From Minisyncoccia bacterium (lineage in GTDB: Bacteria; Patescibacteriota; Minisyncoccia; Phycocordibacterales; UBA9973), in NCBI GenBank assembly GCA_051006535.1, contig JBPCTC010000076.1:1-29933 (forward strand): DNA of 29,933 bases. The letters run 5' to 3'. Both the position numbers and the translations under genes were made by a program. A model generated the notes under the pieces. The model worked only from the letters and a program-made list of their open reading frames with translations, searched no databases and was not told the DNA's origin. Of this stretch, positions 25,215 to 29,933 are shown piece after piece; positions within the stretch are counted from its first letter, which is position 1, and every line of letters begins with the position of its first letter.

Positions 25215-25441
25215 TGACAACAGAAGAACTTATAGAAAACAATTTAGAAACACTTGAAACATACTTTATGAAAAATGACGACATAGGTATGATGTGCAAT
25301 AAAGATAACATAGAAGATTACTTTAGTTCGTGGCTAGAAAATCAAGACGATAAAACCTTAAAAGAAATAATAGACAACGAACAATTTTACTGTAAATTCT
25401 GTGGAACACATTATCAACAAGAATGTAAATGTAATTATTAA
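25214..25441 (+). CDS. Acidic protein with C-terminal Cys cluster
   Basis: CKFC....ECKC. Confidence 0.65.
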   Translation: MTTEELIENNLETLETYFMKNDDIGMMCNKDNIEDYFSSWLENQDDKTLKEIIDNEQFYCKFCGTHYQQECKCNY

Positions 25442-25442
25442 A

Positions 25443-25649
25443 ATGAAAACAATAGAACTAACAGAACAAGAAGTAGACAACCTAAAAATAATACTTGAAG
25501 CACAAAGAATAGACGATAGTTATGACGCAACAACAAACTTAATAATAAATAACATTATTAAAAAACTACAGGACACAGACTTTGAAGAACCTACAGGTTA
25601 CCCAGACAGTTTTACAAGCGAAGAACAACAAAAAACAAATGAGCGATAA
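25443..25649 (+). CDS. Hypothetical protein
   Basis: Start MKTIELTEQE (25443), just after the previous stop. Confidence 0.6.
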   Translation: MKTIELTEQEVDNLKIILEAQRIDDSYDATTNLIINNIIKKLQDTDFEEPTGYPDSFTSEEQQKTNER

Positions 25650-25812
25650 AGATTTCAATAAGTTCCTAGACCGATACCTAACCGAAGAAGTTTGTAATGC
25701 AGACGACTACCAAACACTAACCCAAGAACAAATGTTTGTAATACAAACCATTAAAAGAGCATTTAAACGAATAAGAGCAAAATATGAAAACAATATACAA
25801 ATCACTAGCTGA
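25639..25812 (+). CDS. Hypothetical protein
   Basis: Start MSDKDFNKF (25639). Confidence 0.55.
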   Translation: MSDKDFNKFLDRYLTEEVCNADDYQTLTQEQMFVIQTIKRAFKRIRAKYENNIQITS

Positions 25813-26233
25813 TTTACAACAAGAAGTACCAGTTATTTTAAAAGATACATCAGGGTTCGGTTATAAGTATGCAGACTTACCAGCGATACTTGAAACAATA
25901 AACCCATTACTTAAAAAGTATAGTCTAGGTTTCACACAACTTATAAATGGAACTAAACTTAAAACAATACTATTTCATATAGAAAGTGGCGAAACAATAG
26001 AAAGTGAAACAGATATGCCAGTAGATAGTTTAGTTTACGAATTAAACGAAAAAGGAAAGTCAGTTCTAAAAGGTTTTGAAGGTATGAACAAAGCACAAGC
26101 GATAGGTTCACTTATAACTTACTTTAGACGCTATGCACTATCTTCAATGCTTGGTTTAGTAACTGATAAAGATACAGACGGAACAAAGGCAAAAAACATT
26201 ATAAACGATGAAGAAGACATTAATTTTGATTAA
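25784..26233 (+). CDS. erf: ERF-family single-strand annealing protein
   Basis: GYKYADLPAILETINPLL..YSLGFTQ; QAIGSLITYFRRYALSSMLGL..D.DTDG. Confidence 0.9.
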   Translation: MKTIYKSLADLQQEVPVILKDTSGFGYKYADLPAILETINPLLKKYSLGFTQLINGTKLKTILFHIESGETIESETDMPVDSLVYELNEKGKSVLKGFEGMNKAQAIGSLITYFRRYALSSMLGLVTDKDTDGTKAKNIINDEEDINFD

Positions 26234-26237
26234 AACT

Positions 26238-26519
26238 ATGGAAAAAATATTTGCAGACGGGTTTCATTTCGACTTACCCAACGAAACAACAAAAGAAAAA
26301 GCACCTTTCATAAAAGGTAAAATAAGCATAAAAGTTTCAGAGGCCATTGAGTTTCTAAAGAAACACGAAAATCTAGGCGGTTATGTAAACCTAGACTTAA
26401 AGAAAAGTCAAAAAGGCACACTTTACCTTGAGTTAAATCAATACAAAAAACCTGAACCACCTAAAACACCGACTATAGACCCCGATACTGGGATTGACGT
26501 TAATCAGATGGAATTTTAA
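26238..26519 (+). CDS. Putative ssDNA-binding protein
   Basis: Follows erf; beta-rich core (YVNLDLKKSQKG.LYLELN) and acidic ...QMEF tail. Confidence 0.55.
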   Translation: MEKIFADGFHFDLPNETTKEKAPFIKGKISIKVSEAIEFLKKHENLGGYVNLDLKKSQKGTLYLELNQYKKPEPPKTPTIDPDTGIDVNQMEF

Positions 26520-26530
26520 GAATTAACAAT

Positions 26531-26821
26531 ATGAATATAGAAGAAAAAAGATTAAAAGCTCGTGCAGACGCTAGACCAAAGAAAGTAATGACTATAAATG
26601 GAACTGATATATTTGTGGAAGAAAGAAACTATATTATTAAAAAAGGAAATAAGGTGCGTTATTTCTCTGACTTAACATCAGCTTTAGTAGATATATCTGA
26701 CGAATTAGAGAAATCTTTAATTAAAGAAAATCTACTAGAAACTATTAAATGGTTAAAAGAAGGTAGAAAGGAATATTTAAAGGCTATTTCTAGTGCCGTA
26801 CACAGCCTAGAACGCAAGTAA
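26531..26821 (+). CDS. Hypothetical protein (96 aa)
   Basis: Operonic packing. Confidence 0.65.
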   Translation: MNIEEKRLKARADARPKKVMTINGTDIFVEERNYIIKKGNKVRYFSDLTSALVDISDELEKSLIKENLLETIKWLKEGRKEYLKAISSAVHSLERK

Positions 26822-26830
26822 ACTAATAAA

Positions 26831-27184
26831 ATGATAAATGATACACCTAAGCCAAAAAGGACTTTAAAACAGAACAAATCTATACACAGTCTTTTTAAAA
26901 TACTGTCAGATGACTTAAATACTCTAGGTCTAGATATGAAAGTAGTTTTAAAGCCAAGTTATCAAATATGGTGGACACCTGAAAGCGTTAAAGAACATTT
27001 ATGGAAACCTTTACAAAAGGCTATGTATCAAAAAGAAAGTACCACAGAATTAAATACAGCAGAAGTAAGTAAGGTATACGAACAGTTGGCACATATACTA
27101 GGTGAAAAGTTTGGTGCAGAAGTAGAGTTTCCAAATTATCAACAAACTAAAGAGTTCATTGAAACCTATGACCAGACCAATTAA
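26831..27184 (+). CDS. ninB: NinB-like recombination protein
   Basis: RTLKQNKSIH, WTPESVKEHLWK, STTELNTAEVS. Confidence 0.65.
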   Translation: MINDTPKPKRTLKQNKSIHSLFKILSDDLNTLGLDMKVVLKPSYQIWWTPESVKEHLWKPLQKAMYQKESTTELNTAEVSKVYEQLAHILGEKFGAEVEFPNYQQTKEFIETYDQTN

Positions 27185-27347
27185 AGCATACGCAGTATTA
27201 AAAAAACCGTTATTAAAACTAAGTGCAAACGAAATCTACAAAGATATACCAATGTTATGTAAAGACGAAGTCCTTGTAGAAGTAGAAATTAAACTATATG
27301 AAAGAAATACTACTAAAATACCTAAACGAACACGAAGGGTGGCATAA
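27168..27347 (+). CDS. Hypothetical protein
   Basis: CCTATG start at 27168 (MTRPIKAYAV). Confidence 0.5.
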   Translation: MTRPIKAYAVLKKPLLKLSANEIYKDIPMLCKDEVLVEVEIKLYERNTTKIPKRTRRVA

Positions 27348-27600
27348 AAAAGTAAACTTGTACTTGGTGGCAGATAATGAAGACTACAGTCCAGAAAGTG
27401 CAGGAAGAGCCTTGAGAACATTAGCAGAAGATAATGAAATACTCGTAGATTATTACAAAGGCAAACGTAAACAGAAACTAGCACGATATTCAAGGAACGG
27501 AACACCAGTAATAAAGTCTAAGAGAATAGAGTACACGATAGAAGACAGGCCAGACGGAACAAGAGTCGCAAGAATTATAAACCCAGAAATACTAAATTAA
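27298..27600 (+). CDS. Putative winged-helix DNA-binding protein
   Basis: YSPESAGRALRTLAEDNEI recognition-helix-like segment followed by beta strands. Confidence 0.5.
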   Translation: MKEILLKYLNEHEGWHKKVNLYLVADNEDYSPESAGRALRTLAEDNEILVDYYKGKRKQKLARYSRNGTPVIKSKRIEYTIEDRPDGTRVARIINPEILN

Positions 27601-27780
27601 ATGACAAAAGACAAAGAAAAAAAGATATTAAAGTTACTAGAAATAGGACTAAATAACTCACAGATAGCAAACAGATTAAAACTTTCAAGGTTTCAAGTGT
27701 CATGGTTTCTAAAAGGTAACCAAGATGCTGACATAGCAAAGGCAAAGTATATAACAATGATTAAAAGTATTATTAGTTAA
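27601..27780 (+). CDS. HTH protein (59 aa; not in ORF track)
   Basis: KILKLLEIGLNNSQIANRLKLSRFQVSWFL is a classic HTH pattern. Confidence 0.7.
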   Translation: MTKDKEKKILKLLEIGLNNSQIANRLKLSRFQVSWFLKGNQDADIAKAKYITMIKSIIS

Positions 27781-27788
27781 GTTTAACT

Positions 27789-27860
27789 GGTGTATCGTTT
27801 CCTAGAGATTGAAGAGATGCTTTGAATTTGAACTCCCTCAATCCTAGGTAACGGTACATC
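27789..27860 (+). other. Long imperfect intergenic hairpin (72 nt)
   Basis: GGTGTATCGTT/AACGGTACATC (11 bp, 2 G-U), CCTAG/CTAGG, GATTGA/TCAATC, GAG/CTC. Confidence 0.7.
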
Positions 27861-27869
27861 AAAAAAAAT

Positions 27870-28052
27870 ATGCGAAACAAATTTAAAGGTAAATGTGAAA
27901 ATTGTGGTTGTGAAGTTGCTCCAAAACAAGGTTATTGGCGACTTGTACCAAAACAAACTCGTGATTTTACTGGTTTAAGGTGTAAAAAATGTGGAGTAAC
28001 ATATAAAAGCCATATAAAAGAAATTGAACAAAGGAAATTAGTAGTTAGTTAA
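27870..28052 (+). CDS. Zinc-ribbon protein (60 aa)
   Basis: CENC...CKKC. Confidence 0.7.
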   Translation: MRNKFKGKCENCGCEVAPKQGYWRLVPKQTRDFTGLRCKKCGVTYKSHIKEIEQRKLVVS

Positions 28053-28071
28053 TCAAGGCTCATATCCTACT

Positions 28072-28287
28072 ATGGAATATAAAATGATAATAACAATAAT
28101 AGGAATTTTATTACAGGTATTAGTAGCTTATATATGGTATAAAATAGGTTACAATACTTTTAAAAGTAAATCAAAAGAAGCTTCAATAACATATAGCCAA
28201 TACAATAAACCTGTTGCTTTCTCTGAATGGGTAAATGATAAATTAGAAATTACAGTTTATGATGAAAAAGTAGTTAAATTGAAATAA
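28072..28287 (+). CDS. Membrane-anchored hypothetical protein
   Basis: N-terminal TM IITIIGILLQVLVAYIWY. Confidence 0.65.
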   Translation: MEYKMIITIIGILLQVLVAYIWYKIGYNTFKSKSKEASITYSQYNKPVAFSEWVNDKLEITVYDEKVVKLK

Positions 28288-28292
28288 ATCCT

Positions 28293-28451
28293 ATGAAAAA
28301 GAAAACAACAAAAAAAGAACTTAAAAAGCAGATAGTAGAAATACATATCTATGTGCATCAGAATAATGGTATTTATGTAACACCAAATGGAGGTGGCAGT
28401 GGAACAACACCAATAAATCCTTGTAATCCACCTTATTATGTAACTTGCTAA
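28293..28451 (+). CDS. Small protein (52 aa; not in ORF track)
   Basis: MKKKTTKKELKKQIVEIHIYVH...PYYVTC; starts at a TAAATCCTATG boundary motif. Confidence 0.65.
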   Translation: MKKKTTKKELKKQIVEIHIYVHQNNGIYVTPNGGGSGTTPINPCNPPYYVTC

Positions 28452-28456
28452 ATCCT

Positions 28457-28690
28457 ATGAAAGAACAAGAAATAAGAGAAAAATGGAAAGAATTTTCTGA
28501 AACACCTATGTGGCAAAATCAAGATGAGTTTACTAATAATATCGCCGACTTCTTCCTCTCCCTCCGCAAATCTGAACTTAATTCTATAATGGAGGAAATT
28601 GAAAAAGAAAAAACTAGATGTAGTGATGTTCTTCATAAAGAATGTTGTGACGACATTATCAAAATCCTAACCTCCCATATTGGGGAATAA
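28457..28690 (+). CDS. Hypothetical protein
   Basis: Start MKEQEIREKW at a TAAATCCTATG motif. Confidence 0.65.
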   Translation: MKEQEIREKWKEFSETPMWQNQDEFTNNIADFFLSLRKSELNSIMEEIEKEKTRCSDVLHKECCDDIIKILTSHIGE

Positions 28691-28693
28691 CCT

Positions 28694-28879
28694 ATGACAC
28701 AAGAAGAATTAGAACTTATAAAGAGAATACGAAACTATTTGCCTTATAATGGAGGTGCTATGGTAAATAACGCAGTATATATTAGCCCCGCACAACAGTT
28801 AAGAAATTCAGCAGATAGAATGGAAGAACAACAACGTGATGAACAATTATTAGACGAACTTATTAAGAAGTATTCATAA
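28694..28879 (+). CDS. Hypothetical protein (61 aa)
   Basis: CCTATG start; operonic packing. Confidence 0.65.
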   Translation: MTQEELELIKRIRNYLPYNGGAMVNNAVYISPAQQLRNSADRMEEQQRDEQLLDELIKKYS

Positions 28880-28883
28880 CCCT

Positions 28884-29165
28884 ATGACACACACAGATAA
28901 AATACTAGCAGAGTTTGATGAGAAGTTTGCTAAAAATGGATTAGTAGAAGAAGATATAGATAATCCGTATTCATCTGAAATTATCAAATCCTTCATCACC
29001 CAAGCACTTAAAGACCAAGTGAATGAGATTGGGGAGAAGATTGAGAAACTGCAAAAATATAATGGTATATATTATATAGATGAAGACACTGGAATTAAAA
29101 TATATACCTTAGATGGTGGTGTAACTACAACTGATATTAAAAATTTATTAGAAGAATATAAATAA
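28884..29165 (+). CDS. Hypothetical protein (93 aa)
   Basis: CCTATG start; ILAEFDEKF...IKSFITQAL motif. Confidence 0.65.
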   Translation: MTHTDKILAEFDEKFAKNGLVEEDIDNPYSSEIIKSFITQALKDQVNEIGEKIEKLQKYNGIYYIDEDTGIKIYTLDGGVTTTDIKNLLEEYK

Positions 29166-29168
29166 GAT

Positions 29169-29528
29169 ATGACAAGAGAAATAAAATTTAGGGCATGGGA
29201 TGGATTAAAGATGATTGATAATCCTAAAATTGGAGCTATGGAAGGTGTATATAATTATAGTATAAATAATGAATTTGCAAATCCAGAAGATAATACAGTT
29301 TTTATGCAATACACAGGACTCCACGATAAAAATGGAAAGGAAATTTTTGAAGGGGATGTTGCTGAAATATGCAATAGTGAATATAGGGTCATGGAATGTA
29401 TTTATGAAGCCCCATGTTTTTACTGGAAATCAGAAAATGACAGCTACTCGGGTGAATGGAAAGGAGAAGATGTAAAAGTCATCGGCAATGTACAATCTAA
29501 CCCCGAATTATTAGAACAACAGTCGTAA
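29169..29528 (+). CDS. yopX: YopX-family protein
   Basis: REIKFRAWD; MQYTGLHDKNGKEIFEGDV; VIGNVQSNPELL. Confidence 0.9.
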   Translation: MTREIKFRAWDGLKMIDNPKIGAMEGVYNYSINNEFANPEDNTVFMQYTGLHDKNGKEIFEGDVAEICNSEYRVMECIYEAPCFYWKSENDSYSGEWKGEDVKVIGNVQSNPELLEQQS

Positions 29529-29539
29529 ACTTATCAACT

Positions 29540-29648
29540 TAATGGTGGAGTTCGTTCACTCTTGGCTCATCAGAAATAAAGCGAATGATGAGAGGAAGCA
29601 AAAGAACACCAAGTGAAAGACTTGGAGGGTGAGCAAGCTCCATCATTA
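29540..29648 (+). ncRNA. Candidate three-way-junction structured RNA
   Basis: P1 13+9 bp with several G-U pairs, P2 CTCATCA/TGATGAG, P3 CCAAGT/ACTTGG with a GAAAG loop. Confidence 0.6.
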
Positions 29649-29679
29649 CAATCCCATTATCAAGTAAATAAATAACATT

Positions 29680-29814
29680 ATGGAAACAATAATATGTAAA
29701 CAATGTGGGTCTAAAGCAACAAAAGGAAAATATAAAGATGGTGTCATTGATTATTTATGTGCCAAGTGTAATATTACTTTCCTAGATAACGAAGAACAAA
29801 CAATTATTAGTTAG
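29680..29814 (+). CDS. Zinc-ribbon micro-protein (44 aa; not in ORF track)
   Basis: METIICKQCG...YLCAKC. Confidence 0.7.
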   Translation: METIICKQCGSKATKGKYKDGVIDYLCAKCNITFLDNEEQTIIS

Positions 29815-29826
29815 TTAAATAACATT

Positions 29827-29933
29827 ATGACAGGAGAAAACACAGGCAAAAAAGTAGTTAAGTGTCCAATTTGTGGAAAAAGATACATTTCAGATACACA
29901 AGAATATGTAAATCATCTACAAATTGAGAAGTT
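29827..29933 (+). CDS. Partial zinc-finger-like protein (runs off the window)
   Basis: MTGENTGKKVVKCPICGK.Y......NH. Confidence 0.6.
   Translation, partial: MTGENTGKKVVKCPICGKRYISDTQEYVNHLQIEK

Noticed and set aside
29540-29600. CTGATGAG hammerhead-like core on the minus strand of the three-way-junction element
   Set aside because: No stem II or GAAA follows it (GAAC instead), and the G-U pairs become A-C mismatches on that strand.
29542-29616. 24-codon ORF MVEFVHSWLIRN... inside the structured element
   Set aside because: Its start is buried in a 13-bp stem, and the composition is better explained by RNA structure.

Overview
A ~30 kb, AT-rich, gene-dense segment of a tailed dsDNA phage genome; nearly all genes lie on the + strand. 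No cellular housekeeping genes, integrase, terminase, tRNA or CRISPR array are recognisable. Order: small head-region ORFs, scaffold, N4-gp56-type major capsid protein, a separately promoted glycosyltransferase/methyltransferase cassette, adaptor/nozzle/fibre genes, two large putative ejection proteins (one with a lytic-transglycosylase-like motif; no tape measure seen, so probably podovirus-like), collagen-like and Thr/Ser/Gly-rich fibre genes, a split lysis module, a 3-gene leftward Cys/His-rich operon, HNH-like + RusA, a replication initiator, two DNA methyltransferases, ERF/SSB-like/NinB-like recombination genes and a run of small accessory ORFs (YopX, Zn-ribbons). Striking features: (i) a sugar-modification cassette directly behind the capsid gene; (ii) TATAAT placed exactly 6 nt before the ATG at six module starts, with no Shine-Dalgarno motifs, implying leaderless mRNAs and possibly a Patescibacteria/CPR-like host (inference); (iii) several structured intergenic RNA candidates, including a three-way junction with G-U pairs; (iv) a hidden antisense membrane micro-gene; (v) DnaA-box-like 9-mers just upstream of three promoters; (vi) no GATC found on a manual scan. 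All product calls come from motif recognition by eye, not database searches.
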